From Candidatus Marinacidobacterium sp. (lineage in GTDB: Bacteria; Acidobacteriota; Vicinamibacteria; Marinacidobacterales; Marinacidobacteraceae), in contig OZ242011.1 of the NCBI GenBank assembly GCA_965204755.1, positions 1,824,001 to 1,888,000 of the forward strand: DNA of 64,000 nucleotides. The letters are read 5' to 3'. Position numbers and translations under genes: made by a program. The notes under the pieces were generated by a model. It saw nothing but the letters and a program-made list of their open reading frames with translations, did not search any database and had not been told where the DNA came from. Below, piece after piece: positions 1-14,055 of this stretch. Within the stretch, counting starts at the first letter, position 1. Each line of letters starts with the position of its first letter.

Positions 1-703
1 CATCCAGTTCATCTCCGGCCTCGGCACCTTCGGCCGCAGCACCCAGGAGTTCCTCCACGCGCTGGACGCGCTCGCCGAACGCGGCCGCCAGACCGTGCTC
101 ACCCTCGACTGCCACCCCGGCGAGATCCCGAACCTCGACGGGCGTCTCCGCAGCCGCATGGAGAGCGGGCTGGCCACCGACCTGCGGCGGCCCGAGCCGG
201 GCACCCGCCGGACCATCGTCCGCCGGAAGGCGGTCGCCGCCGGCGCCGACCTGCCGGACGAGATCGTCGAGAAGATCGCGTCTTCGGGGACCGGGTCCGT
301 CTCCGAACTCGAAGGCGTGGTGAAACGCATCGTCGCCACCGCGCGGACCGAGGACGGCGAGTTCTCCACCCCGCTCGTGGAGAACCTGCTCGACGGGCTC
401 CCCGGCGGCCGGAGGAAGCGCGTCCCGATCGGCGACATCATCGCCGCCACCGCGGCCGAATTCGGCGTCCCGGCGCTCCGGGTCCTGGGCAAGCAGCGCC
501 AGCGGGACCTGGTCTCCGCCCGGCAGGTGGCGATGTTCCTCGCCCGGGAAGTCACCGAGTACAGCCTGAAGGAGATCGGCGAGGCCTTCCGCCGCCACCA
601 CTCCACGGTCGCCCACGCGATCACCCGGGTGGAGCACGACCGGAAGCGCAATCCCGGCCTCGGCCGCATCATCGAGCGCCTCGCCCGCCAACTCGCGGGC
701 TGA
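1..703 (+). CDS. dnaA: Chromosomal replication initiator DnaA (5'-truncated by window edge)
   Basis: IQF...TQEFLH, RLRSRMESGL, ELEG, ARQVAMFLARE, SLKEIGEAF and HSTVAHA match DnaA domains III-IV; lies directly upstream of dnaN. Confidence 0.95.
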   Translation, partial: IQFISGLGTFGRSTQEFLHALDALAERGRQTVLTLDCHPGEIPNLDGRLRSRMESGLATDLRRPEPGTRRTIVRRKAVAAGADLPDEIVEKIASSGTGSVSELEGVVKRIVATARTEDGEFSTPLVENLLDGLPGGRRKRVPIGDIIAATAAEFGVPALRVLGKQRQRDLVSARQVAMFLAREVTEYSLKEIGEAFRRHHSTVAHAITRVEHDRKRNPGLGRIIERLARQLAG

Positions 704-1241
704 CCCTCCCCCCGACCCGGCCGGGTTCCCCGGCAGGCGGCAAGCGCCTCCTCCGGTGGCGCTCCGACCCGTCCCTCCGGGCGCTTCGAGCCGCAGGCGC
801 CGACCGGTTCCGCCGACTCCCCGGCCCCCGCTCTCCGCGCCGCGGTTCGGAGAACCGCCGGAAAACTCCGCCGACCGGCGCGGAAAACTCGCGCGAACCG
901 GGGCGTTCCGCCGCCGCGGGGAGTCCGCCGCCGGAACCTCCGCGAACCACGCGCCCCCAATCCGAAAGAAACCCAACCGGAGAACCGCCATTGATACCAA
1001 TAGAGTCAACGAGTTACCGGACTCATCCGAAGTATCCGAACGCCAAGAATTCCACTATAATTCCCCCCTGTCGAGAGAGCGGAGATCTCCTTCGACACTT
1101 CCCCCTCCGGTCGGTTTTCTTCGATCGGTCGGCCGCTCGCTGCCGCCCGCCCGAGCCGCGACGGTTCGCCGGGCCGTCCGCTCCTCCCCGCCCCCGTCTT
1201 TCGCTTCGCCCGCCGGAGCAGGAAAGGACCCACCCGCCGCC
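704..1241. other. Putative replication origin (oriC) between dnaA and dnaN
   Basis: Position; locally AT-rich 960-1065; IHF-like AGTCAACGAGTTA near 1004; repeated CGGA(A/G)AAC motifs; no perfect TTATCCACA seen. Confidence 0.55.
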
Positions 1242-4944
<3,703 letters not shown>

Positions 4945-4989
4945 CGCCGGTCGCGGAACCCTGACGAGTCCAGCCCGCTGAGCCGGGAA

Positions 4990-7716
4990 ATGTCCGAGAG
5001 CCCCCCGGAGGACCTGCCCGAGGCCCTGCCGGCCGCCGGCGGCCGGGCGCGGTACCGCCGCGCCGGTCTCATCCGGGCGGAGATGGAGCAGTCCTATCTG
5101 GACTACGCCATGTCCGTCATCATCGGGCGCGCGCTCCCCGATGTCCGCGACGGGCTGAAACCCGGCCAGCGCCGCGTCCTCTACGCGATGTTCCGGGAGA
5201 AGTTGCTCCCGGCGCGGTCGCACTCCAAGTGCGCCGGCATCGTGGGCGAGGTGCTCAAGAAGTACCACCCGCACGGCGACGCCTCGGTGTACGACACGCT
5301 GGTGCGCCTCGCGCAGCCGTTCAACCTGCGCCACCCCTTGATCGACGGGAAGGGGAACTTCGGGTCGGTGGACGGCGACCCGCCGGCGGCCTACCGCTAT
5401 ACCGAGGCCCGGCTCACCCGCTTCGCGGTCTCGATGATGGAGGACATCGACCGCAACACCGTCGAGTTCGCGCCCAACTTCGACGGCAAGACGGTGGAGC
5501 CGGAAGTCCTCCCCACCGTCATACCGAACCTCCTCATCAACGGTTCCGACGGGATCGCGGTGGGCATGGCCACGCGCATCCCGCCGCACAACCTGGCGGA
5601 AGTCGGCGCGGCGCTCATCGCCGTGCTGGATTCGCCCGACGCTTCCGACGGGGAACTCACCGCCCGGCTGCTGGAACTCGTCCCCGGCCCGGACTTCCCC
5701 ACCGGCGGCCGGATCCACGGCCGCGGCGGCATCGTCTCCGCCTACCGCACCGGCCGGGGCGTGATCCAGGTGCGCGCCGTCGCCGACTTCGAGACTACGA
5801 AGGAAGGGCGAAACCTCATCGTGGTCACCGAGATCCCCTACCAGGTGAACAAGGCGCGCCTCATCGAGAAGATCGCCGACCTGGTCAAGGACAAGCGCCT
5901 CACCGGCATTTCCGACCTGCGCGACGAGTCCGACCGGCGCGGGATGCGGGTGGTCATCGAACTCCGCCGCGGCGAAGAGCCGCAGATCGTCCTGAACAAC
6001 CTCTACCGGCACACCGCGATGCAGACGAGTTACGGGATGAACCTGCTCGCCATCTCGCACAGCCGGCCCAAACTGTTCCCGCTCCTCGACCTCCTCCGGG
6101 AGTTCCTCCAGTTCCGCCGGCTGGTCGTCCGCCGACGCGTCCGCTTCGAACTCGAACGATGCGAGCGGCAGATGCACCTCCTCGAGGGTTTGGCCGCCGC
6201 GGTGGACCGGCTCGACGAAGTGATCGAATGGATCCGCACTTCGAAGAATCCCGCCGAAGCGCGCGAACGGCTGATGACCCGGCTGAAACCCCGCCGCTTC
6301 GAGATCGACAGCGAGTTGCTTCGGCGCAGCAGCAACGGCCGGGACGCCGCAGCGCCGTCGCCCGACGCCGACCCGGAGGGCCTCTCCGAGGAACAGGCGC
6401 AGGCGATCCTGGACATGCGGCTCCAGCGCCTCACCCAACTCGAACGCGACCGCATCGCCGGCGAGATGGAAGAACTCGGCGCCCGGATCGTGGAACTCCG
6501 CGAAATCCTCGCCGACCCCGGCCGCATAGACGAGATCGTCCGGGACGAAACCCGCGAAGCCGTCGAGAAACACGGCGACCCCCGCCGCACCGAGATCGTG
6601 GAGGCCGCGGACGACCTGACGATCGCGGAACTCATCCCGGTCGAAGACATCGTGGTCTCGATGACCCAGGCGGGATACATCAAGCGGACCGCGCTCAGCG
6701 AGTACCGGGCCCAGGCGCGCGGCGGCACCGGCCATTCCGGCGCGGGCATCCGCTCCGGCGACGCGATCCGCAATGTCCTGCTCGGAAACACCCACACCCG
6801 CATCCTCTTCCTGACCGACGACGGCCGGGCCTACCGGCTCAAGGGTTACGAGATCCCGGAGGGGGGGAAGGCGGGGACCGGCCGGGCCATCGTCAACCTG
6901 CTCCACCTCGCCGCCGATCGGCAGGTGGTCGCGGTGGTTTCGTTGCCCGACGACGCGGAGAGCGACGAGGGCCTCCACCTGCTCACCGTTACCCGGAAGG
7001 GGCAGGTGAAGCGGACCCCGTTCTCGCTCTACCGGAATGTCCGGGCGACCGGGCTCCGGGCGGTGCGCATCAACGAAGGCGACGCGCTGCTGGCCGCCAC
7101 CTTGACCGGCGGCGACGGTGAAGTCGTGCTCGTAACGCGCAACGGCAAGGCGATCCGTTTCCGGGAGGCGGTCGTCCGCCCGTCGGGCCGGTTCTCCGCC
7201 GGCGTGCGCGGCATCCGGCTGCTCGGCGACGACGAAGTGGTGAGTCTCTACGCTCCGTCCGCTTCCGAAGGCGACGCCGGCGCGGAATCCGAGGGCGCCG
7301 CGAACGGCGGCGGCGGCCGGTTGCTGCTCACCGTGACCCGAAACGGTTTCGGGAAGATGAGTTCCCTCGAGAAGTATCCGGTGCGCAACCGCGGCGGCCA
7401 GGGCGTCATCAACATCAAGACGACCGACGAGACCGGCGTCACCGTCGCTTCGGTGGGCGTGCGCCGCGGCGAGCAGGTGCTCGCCATCACCGCCGGAGGC
7501 AAGGCGGTCCGCATCCCGGTGGAGGACTTCCGCGACCTCGGCCGGCTGAGTCGGGGAGTCCGTCTCATCAAGGTCCGCGACGGTGACGAAGTGGTTGCGG
7601 TGACCCGCATCCCGGTCACGGACACCGAAGACTCCCCGGACGAAACCGCCGACGCGGCCGCACCGACCACGGAAACCGTCGAAGTCCGAGAGGAGCGCGA
7701 GGAGGAGAACGATTGA
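4990..7716 (+). CDS. gyrA: DNA gyrase subunit A
   Basis: [35 protein letters not shown] catalytic Tyr region, GyrA-box-like QARGGTG. Confidence 0.98.
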   Translation: MSESPPEDLPEALPAAGGRARYRRAGLIRAEMEQSYLDYAMSVIIGRALPDVRDGLKPGQRRVLYAMFREKLLPARSHSKCAGIVGEVLKKYHPHGDASVYDTLVRLAQPFNLRHPLIDGKGNFGSVDGDPPAAYRYTEARLTRFAVSMMEDIDRNTVEFAPNFDGKTVEPEVLPTVIPNLLINGSDGIAVGMATRIPPHNLAEVGAALIAVLDSPDASDGELTARLLELVPGPDFPTGGRIHGRGGIVSAYRTGRGVIQVRAVADFETTKEGRNLIVVTEIPYQVNKARLIEKIADLVKDKRLTGISDLRDESDRRGMRVVIELRRGEEPQIVLNNLYRHTAMQTSYGMNLLAISHSRPKLFPLLDLLREFLQFRRLVVRRRVRFELERCERQMHLLEGLAAAVDRLDEVIEWIRTSKNPAEARERLMTRLKPRRFEIDSELLRRSSNGRDAAAPSPDADPEGLSEEQAQAILDMRLQRLTQLERDRIAGEMEELGARIVELREILADPGRIDEIVRDETREAVEKHGDPRRTEIVEAADDLTIAELIPVEDIVVSMTQAGYIKRTALSEYRAQARGGTGHSGAGIRSGDAIRNVLLGNTHTRILFLTDDGRAYRLKGYEIPEGGKAGTGRAIVNLLHLAADRQVVAVVSLPDDAESDEGLHLLTVTRKGQVKRTPFSLYRNVRATGLRAVRINEGDALLAATLTGGDGEVVLVTRNGKAIRFREAVVRPSGRFSAGVRGIRLLGDDEVVSLYAPSASEGDAGAESEGAANGGGGRLLLTVTRNGFGKMSSLEKYPVRNRGGQGVINIKTTDETGVTVASVGVRRGEQVLAITAGGKAVRIPVEDFRDLGRLSRGVRLIKVRDGDEVVAVTRIPVTDTEDSPDETADAAAPTTETVEVREEREEEND

Positions 7717-8444
7717 TGCTGCAGCGACTGCGCCGCAACCGCCGCCCGCTCGCCGGATTCCTGCTCGCGGGATTCCTCGGCGCGGCGGTCTCCTGTTCGT
7801 CTTCCGGCGACGAGGAGCAACTGCTCCGGCGCTTTTTCGACGCGCTCTCCCGCGGCGACACGATCACCGCGTTCGGGTTCTCGGTCGCGGCCTTCCCCGG
7901 CGGCGCCGTCTCCGCCTGGGAAGTCCTCGAAGTCCGCGAAGAGACCGCCGGCCCGTACCGCATCGGCGAACTCCTAGAAGAAGAGCGCGAATCCGTCGCC
8001 CGCCGCGACGAACAGTTCCAGTCCCTCTACGCCTTCCAGCAGGCGAACCGCGGCGACCTCGACCGCATCGCCGCGCGGCGGGAACGCGACCCGGACGCCG
8101 CGATCGGCGGCCGCCTCGGTTCCCTCGCCGAGGAATGGGACGCCTACGGCGAAGAGCGCCGCGGATTGGTGCGCGCCCTGAGCGAAGTCCAGATGGCCAT
8201 CGAGTTGGAGCGCCGCCGCACCCGCCGCAGCCTGCTCCGGGACGCGGCGGTGGACTACCTCACCGGCGAAGTCGCGCAGAAGGAAGTCGTCGTCCGCGTC
8301 ACCGAAGAGGAAGCCGGCGTCCTCGACTACCTGTTCATCCTGCTCCGCTACGACCTCGTGAACCAGTACGAAGCCGAAGTGCCGTCGCGCTGGATCATCG
8401 GCGCGATCGACCCGCTCCCCGAAAGCGCCACGCCCGAGCCCTGA
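7713..8444 (+). CDS. Hypothetical lipoprotein
   Basis: Basic N-region, hydrophobic stretch and AVSC lipobox; overlaps the gyrA stop. Confidence 0.7.
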   Translation: MMLQRLRRNRRPLAGFLLAGFLGAAVSCSSSGDEEQLLRRFFDALSRGDTITAFGFSVAAFPGGAVSAWEVLEVREETAGPYRIGELLEEERESVARRDEQFQSLYAFQQANRGDLDRIAARRERDPDAAIGGRLGSLAEEWDAYGEERRGLVRALSEVQMAIELERRRTRRSLLRDAAVDYLTGEVAQKEVVVRVTEEEAGVLDYLFILLRYDLVNQYEAEVPSRWIIGAIDPLPESATPEP

Positions 8445-8477
8445 GCGCCCGCGCGAACACCGAACACCAACCGTCCG

Positions 8478-9041
8478 ATGAGACCCGACGACCGCGAACG
8501 CCTGCTCGAAGTCCTGCGCCGCCGTTCGGTGCGCTTCGGCAAGTTCACGCTGACTTCCGGCGGCACGAGCGATGTCTATGTGGATGTGCGCCTGACCACC
8601 CTCTCCTCCGAAGGCGCCGGCCGCATCGGCCGCGTGCTCCTCGACGCGATGGACCGCGCCGGCCTCTCCCCGGGCGCCGTCGGGGGAATGGAGTCCGGCG
8701 CGATCGCCCTCGCCTCCGCCACCGCGATCGCCGCCGCCGAACGGGGACGAACCATCGAAGGCTTCTTCGTCCGCAAGACCCCCCGCGAACACGGACGAAG
8801 GAAACGCATCGAAGGCCTCGAAAACCCCGCCGGAACCGCCGTCGTCCTCGAAGACACCGCCACCACCGGCGCCTCCACCCTCACCGCGGTGGAAGCCGCC
8901 CGGGAAGCCGGCTTCGAAGTCATCGGCGCCGTCGCCCTGGTGGACCGCGAAACCGGCGCCCGCGAAAACCTCGCCGCCGCCGGCGTAACCCTCCACTCCG
9001 TCTTCACCCTAACCGACCTCACTACGGCCGCCCGCCACTGA
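8478..9041 (+). CDS. pyrE: Orotate phosphoribosyltransferase
   Basis: FTLTSG..SDVYVD, VRK, PRPP-binding VVLEDTATTGAS. Confidence 0.95.
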   Translation: MRPDDRERLLEVLRRRSVRFGKFTLTSGGTSDVYVDVRLTTLSSEGAGRIGRVLLDAMDRAGLSPGAVGGMESGAIALASATAIAAAERGRTIEGFFVRKTPREHGRRKRIEGLENPAGTAVVLEDTATTGASTLTAVEAAREAGFEVIGAVALVDRETGARENLAAAGVTLHSVFTLTDLTTAARH

Positions 9042-9215
9042 CCTTCGACCGTCGGAGTAGGAGTGAGCCGCTTCGTTGGCTACCGTTTCAGCGTCATTCG
9101 GTTACGGTACCGGTCGCCGACCGGGAAACCCAACAAGCAACCGTAGCGGCTACGAAGTCTCAGCAGGCGACGGCCTTGCCGCGAGAACGACTTGATCTTC
9201 GTTCGTAGTAACCCG

Positions 9216-9824
9216 CTACTCTGAACTCGGGCCGCGGAGACGCTGCCACAGTGCGCAGTACTGCGCCAAGTTCTCGGGCAGTAGATCCCGGTGACGTGGG
9301 ACTGCCTCGATGACCTCGTTCATCTCGGGAGGCAGGACCACCTCTCCCATCTTCTCGGGAGCATGTATCTCTTCCACGGTTTGGCGCCCACCCTTCACAA
9401 TTCTCCGTGGAACATCATCGCGGCCTCCGATTTCCACGATCATCGCGGGGCGTTGGTTCACGATGTCCGCCGCCTTGGCGTCGTTAGACGTGTCGTAGTG
9501 CCAGTCTCCGGTGATCCGTGCGAGCCAAAACTTCAGATCCTCCGTCTTCGTCCAGACGAGATCGCCGATTCGGACTTTCCCCTTCCAACGATCCACATTC
9601 CCCTTGGGGTCATATCGCTCGTGTTCTTTGCGGCGCTCATCGCGGCGCGTGCGATAGTCGTCCCAAGTCAGGAACTCGCCTTCCGTGGCTTCCACTCGCC
9701 ATCCCATCCCAAGGACGGATCGCTCGCGGCAGAAGTCCTGTGCCCACCGTGCCTTCTGTTCGCGTGTCTTCGGTTCCTGTGCTGTTCCACCTGTGGGACG
9801 AAGGTTCAACCACCAAATGTGCAT
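9216..9824 (-). CDS. Hypothetical protein resembling the N-terminal DNA-reading domain of Mrr/McrB-like proteins
   Basis: LGMGW...IGDLVW...LARITGDWHY pattern; RBS GAGGAG; lower GC. Confidence 0.55.
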   Translation of the reverse strand: MHIWWLNLRPTGGTAQEPKTREQKARWAQDFCRERSVLGMGWRVEATEGEFLTWDDYRTRRDERRKEHERYDPKGNVDRWKGKVRIGDLVWTKTEDLKFWLARITGDWHYDTSNDAKAADIVNQRPAMIVEIGGRDDVPRRIVKGGRQTVEEIHAPEKMGEVVLPPEMNEVIEAVPRHRDLLPENLAQYCALWQRLRGPSSE

Positions 9825-9939
9825 CGTCGATCTCCTCGTCGGCGACAGACGAACCGGAAGGGGTCTGGGAAACCGCTCTCGCCGGCAAACCGGGGCAGGC
9901 CATTCTAACCCGAGAGCGGACGGGGTCAGTGATGCCCGG

Positions 9940-10683
9940 CTAGACCGACGACCGCGTGGTGTTGGGCCATCCGGCCGCTCGGCCGAACTCGTAGATCAAG
10001 TCGGCGTACCTCTTCCAGCCTCGTCCGTCGTCGCGTTGCGTCCAAAACGGCCCGTAGCGCGGATGATGGGTGTGAAACCAGACGACCTGCCGGTCGTCCA
10101 TTTCGATCTGTACGGCGTCCGTGTCCTCACGGAGGGGCCTGCCACCGCCGTAGATCTTCATGATCGACAGCCTTGCCTGTTTCCCTTGAGTTACAAGGAC
10201 ATCAGGACGAAGAACCCTCAGTTCTCCGGGCAGATACTTCCTGCAGTTGGAGAACAACCGGGGATCGGCCTGTCTGCTGCCGGATTTGTTCTGGCAGCAC
10301 TTCGCGGCATTGGCGTGAGCGAAGTACCTCTTCGCATCCTCAAGACCGAGGTTGGCGTCAAAGCGTCGAAGAATGTACCAAGCGAGTTCGTGAGTCAGGA
10401 ACCAGTGCCGGTTCCCGGGCTGGTCACGAATGTCTCTGTCCATTTCGTCCCGACGCACCGCCTCCGGCAGTCGGTCCTCCGGATCCTCGGCCCCCCATCC
10501 GGAGTCTAGGGAGAGGAACAGGAGCCGAGGCAAGTTGCGGCGTTCATACTCGACACTCACGAACGCGGACTTGGGCCCGGTGAACTTGTCCCGTCCCCCT
10601 TTGCAGTCGTCCTCGTGTGGGCAGGTGAAGACTGTGGACAGGATTCCCTGCTCTCGGTAGTAGCGCTCCAAGTCCTTGAACAT
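9940..10683 (-). CDS. Uracil-DNA glycosylase superfamily protein
   Basis: Start MFKDLERYY with GGGAG RBS; NAAKC, ELRVLRPDVLVTQG and HP motifs typical of the UDG fold. Confidence 0.65.
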   Translation of the reverse strand: MFKDLERYYREQGILSTVFTCPHEDDCKGGRDKFTGPKSAFVSVEYERRNLPRLLFLSLDSGWGAEDPEDRLPEAVRRDEMDRDIRDQPGNRHWFLTHELAWYILRRFDANLGLEDAKRYFAHANAAKCCQNKSGSRQADPRLFSNCRKYLPGELRVLRPDVLVTQGKQARLSIMKIYGGGRPLREDTDAVQIEMDDRQVVWFHTHHPRYGPFWTQRDDGRGWKRYADLIYEFGRAAGWPNTTRSSV

Positions 10684-10880
10684 CGTGTCTCCCAGAGGGC
10701 TGCGGTACTTCCTCTGTGCGGCGTGTAGTGAGTGGTTCGACACCGTCGAGGCTCCGTCTCCTTCGTTCGGCCGCGCCGAGTCCCGAGGCGGGGCGCCGGC
10801 GGAGAGCCCGGCGGTGACGGGTCGATCCGCAATTGTAACTGGCGGGTGCGCGCCACCAGCGGTGCCGGTGCGGGCGGCGG

Positions 10881-12992
10881 CTACGCCGGGCGGAGGCCGG
10901 CGTATTCGAGGACCAACCGCTTCCTCCCCGCGGTGCGGAAGAGCACGGTCACGCACCTCCCGTCGGCGTCCGCGGACTCGACGCGGCCGCGGCCGAAGCG
11001 GGGGTGGTGGACGGCATCGCCGGGCCGGAACGGGCGGTTGTCGGCGGTTCGAGTCGTGGCGGCGCGGACCTTCGCGCGTGCTGCGCCGCTCAGCATCTCC
11101 TTCGGGATTTCGGCGATGAACCGTGAGATCCCCCGCGAGGCGGCGAACCCCGATGGGGCGGCGGTCAGGGTCAGCGACTTCCGGGCCCGGGTCATCCCCA
11201 CATAGAACAGCCGGCGCTCCTCCTGAAGCGACTCGCGGTTTTTGCGCGAGAACTCGTGGGGGAGCAGCCCCTCCCACAGGCCGCAGAGGAACACGGTGTC
11301 GAACTCCAGCCCCTTCGCCGCATGGATGGTCATCAGCATCACCGGCCCGCCGCCGGGCGTCTCTTTCGGCGCGGAGTCCTCGGCCGACACCAGACTCACT
11401 TGGTCCAGGAATTCCGCCACGCCAGCCTCCGGGTTTCCCTTCTGGAAGCCCTTTGCATGTTTGCGAAGCAACTTGAGATTCTTCCGCTCTTCGTCGTTCC
11501 GATAGTAGTCGTCGAGTCCGGTCTCCTTGCGGGCAGCCTTCACCGCCGCCTCCGGGCCGCGGGCGGCGGCCCGCTCGACCGCCTCCGTGGCGGAGAGAAA
11601 CCCGGAGAGCCCCTCCGCGATCCGCCGGGCGAACGCGCCCTCCTCCAACAGCGCGCCGGAAGCCTCCCGCATGGAAACCTCCCGCTCCGCGGCGGCTTCC
11701 GCGATCTGTCCGAGAGTCGTCTTTCCGACTCCCCGGGGAACCGCGCCGATCGCGCGCCGGAACGCGGCGTCGTCACTCGGGCGCACGGCGATCCGCACTG
11801 CGGCAACGGCGTCCAGCACCTCCTTCCGCTCGAAGAGGCGTGTGCCGACGACTACCGGTTTGATGCCTCGCGCCATCAGCGCCTGCTCGAATGCCCGGCC
11901 CTGCGCCTGTGTTCGATAGAGCACGGCGCAGGAGCCTCGCTTGGCGTCCAGGGCCAGGATCGCTTGGGCTACGGCCGCCGCCTCGCGCGCCTCGCTCGAT
12001 TCCACCAGCAACGACACCGGCGCGCCGGGTTCGCCGACCGGACGCAGGGTCTTGCTCTCGCGCCCCGAGTTACGCCGGATGAGCGCGTTCGCCGCGTCGA
12101 GGATCGAGCCGGTGGAGCGGTAGTTGTCCTCCAGGCGGAAGACGCGCGCTCCGGGGAAGTCCCGGCGGAACGCGTGGATGTTCCGGTGGTCCGCGCCCCG
12201 GAACGAGTAGATCGCCTGGTCGTCGTCCCCCACGACGAACACATCCCCGTGCGGCGCCAACCGCCGGATGAGCCGGTGTTGCAACGCGCTCGTGTCCTGG
12301 TATTCGTCCACCAGCAGGTGCCGCACGCGCCGGGCGATGTACTCCCGCGCCGGGCCGTCGGCCGCGAGGAGTCGGCCCGCAAGCAGGATCAGGTCGTCGA
12401 AGTCCACCGCGTTCTGACCGCGGAGTTCGTCCTCGTACTGCGCGGCCACTTCGCGGAGAGAACCCATCCACTGCCGGTAGCCGACGGAGTCCGAAGCCGA
12501 GGACAACGGCTCGCCGAGCGCCTCGGCGGCCCGTGCGCGCGACACCCCCCGCACGACCGCCGCCGGCTTCAGGTCGTCGTCCCGGATCAGTTCCTTGGCG
12601 ACCCGGACGGCCAGCGTCTTCGCCTCGTCGGCCCCGAAGACCGCGAACCCCTTCTCCAACCCCACTTCCCCGCCGAACATCCGCAGCAGGCGGAGGCCGA
12701 GGGCGTGGAAGGTGGAAGTCCACACGCGGTCCCACTCCCCGTCCCCGAACTGCTCGATGCGGTCGCTCATCTCCCGCGCCGCCTTGTTGGTGAAGGTGAC
12801 CGCGAGAGTCCCCTCCGGCGCCGCCCCGTCGGCGAGCACCCGCCAGGCGATGCGCCGCGTCAGCACCCGCGTCTTCCCGGACCCGGCGCCGGCGAAGACC
12901 AGCGTAGGCCCGGCCGGCGCCGACACCGCCGTCCGCTGCTGCTCGTTCAGCCCTTCGAGCACCGCGGCGGCGCCGCCCCCGGCCTCAGTCAT
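10881..12992 (-). CDS. uvrD: UvrD/PcrA superfamily I helicase
   Basis: AGAGSGKT, TFTNKAA, VDEYQD, VGDDDQAIYSFRGA, NYRS, TIHAAKGLEF, EERRLFYVGMTRA, C-terminal Tudor-like HPRFGRG. Confidence 0.95.
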   Translation of the reverse strand: MTEAGGGAAAVLEGLNEQQRTAVSAPAGPTLVFAGAGSGKTRVLTRRIAWRVLADGAAPEGTLAVTFTNKAAREMSDRIEQFGDGEWDRVWTSTFHALGLRLLRMFGGEVGLEKGFAVFGADEAKTLAVRVAKELIRDDDLKPAAVVRGVSRARAAEALGEPLSSASDSVGYRQWMGSLREVAAQYEDELRGQNAVDFDDLILLAGRLLAADGPAREYIARRVRHLLVDEYQDTSALQHRLIRRLAPHGDVFVVGDDDQAIYSFRGADHRNIHAFRRDFPGARVFRLEDNYRSTGSILDAANALIRRNSGRESKTLRPVGEPGAPVSLLVESSEAREAAAVAQAILALDAKRGSCAVLYRTQAQGRAFEQALMARGIKPVVVGTRLFERKEVLDAVAAVRIAVRPSDDAAFRRAIGAVPRGVGKTTLGQIAEAAAEREVSMREASGALLEEGAFARRIAEGLSGFLSATEAVERAAARGPEAAVKAARKETGLDDYYRNDEERKNLKLLRKHAKGFQKGNPEAGVAEFLDQVSLVSAEDSAPKETPGGGPVMLMTIHAAKGLEFDTVFLCGLWEGLLPHEFSRKNRESLQEERRLFYVGMTRARKSLTLTAAPSGFAASRGISRFIAEIPKEMLSGAARAKVRAATTRTADNRPFRPGDAVHHPRFGRGRVESADADGRCVTVLFRTAGRKRLVLEYAGLRPA

Positions 12993-14055
12993 CGGTAACC
13001 GCCTTCGTCAGCCCCTCCGGGGCATCCACCGGCCGCCCCAACGCGGCACCGGCGTAGAGCGCGAGCCACTGCACCACCGGAGCGGCGAAGAACGGCGCGA
13101 ATTCGACCGCCGCCCCGCAGTCGAACTGGGTGAACCGGTCCCGCCGGAACGCGGCCGGCGGCGGGCCGGGCGCGATCCGCAGCACCGGCGCTCCCGCCTC
13201 GGCCGCCGCCGCCAGCGACCGCGCCTCGGACGCGCCCGGTTCCGCCCGTTCGGACAGGGCGACGACCGGCGTCCGCCCGCTCAGCAGCGCGCGAGGCCCG
13301 TGCGCGAGTTCCCCGGAGGGAATCGAGAGCGCCGGAACCGCCGCCGTCTCCAGCATCTTGAGCGCCCCTTCGGCGGCGAGCGGCCGGAGCGCGCCCTCCC
13401 CGGCGAAGACCCAGGGGCCCTCGGCGGCGCCCTCGGCGAACGCGGCGGCCTCTTCGGTCCGGCGGAGTCCTGCCTCGATCGCGCCCACCGCTCGCGCCTC
13501 GTCCACCGGCACCGCCTCGCCCGACTCGCCCGCGGCCTCCGCGCCCAGCATCCGGAGCGCCGCGAGCGCCGAAGTGAAGGTCTTGGTCGCCGGAATCGCC
13601 CGCTCCGGCCCCGCCCGCGTGACCAGCGCCAGGTCCGCGAGTTCCGCCGCCGGACTCCCGGCTTCGTTCGTCACCGCGACGCGGCTCACCCCGGCATCCC
13701 CCGCCCGCTCGAACAGCCGCAGGAGGCTCCCGGTGGCCCCGGACTGCGTCACCCCGACGAGCACGCGCCCCCCGCGCCCCCCGCCCCCGGCGCCGTCCGC
13801 CAACTCCGTCGCCGGCTGCGCCTCCGCCTCGATCCCCCATCGCCGGAACCAGACCGCGGCCACCTCCGCCGCGTGCCGGCTGCTCCCGGCACCGGCGAAC
13901 ACCCACCGATCGCCGGCGCCCCGCCCGTCCGCGAGACCTCGCCGCCGCCGCTCCGCCGAGAGCGCGGCCACCGTCCGCGAGACCGCCTCCGGCTGTTCCC
14001 GGATCTCCCGGTAGAGCGCGGAGGCCTCGACCGCCGCCGAGCCGAAGACGCTCAG
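12985..14055 (-). CDS. SIS-domain sugar isomerase (GlmS isomerase half only)
   Basis: EIREQP, GSS, QSGAT, ATKTF, ALKMLE, GELAHGP, VDAPEGLTKAVT; no glutaminase domain; probable CTG start overlapping the glmU stop. Confidence 0.8.
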   Translation of the reverse strand: MSVFGSAAVEASALYREIREQPEAVSRTVAALSAERRRRGLADGRGAGDRWVFAGAGSSRHAAEVAAVWFRRWGIEAEAQPATELADGAGGGGRGGRVLVGVTQSGATGSLLRLFERAGDAGVSRVAVTNEAGSPAAELADLALVTRAGPERAIPATKTFTSALAALRMLGAEAAGESGEAVPVDEARAVGAIEAGLRRTEEAAAFAEGAAEGPWVFAGEGALRPLAAEGALKMLETAAVPALSIPSGELAHGPRALLSGRTPVVALSERAEPGASEARSLAAAAEAGAPVLRIAPGPPPAAFRRDRFTQFDCGAAVEFAPFFAAPVVQWLALYAGAALGRPVDAPEGLTKAVTDD

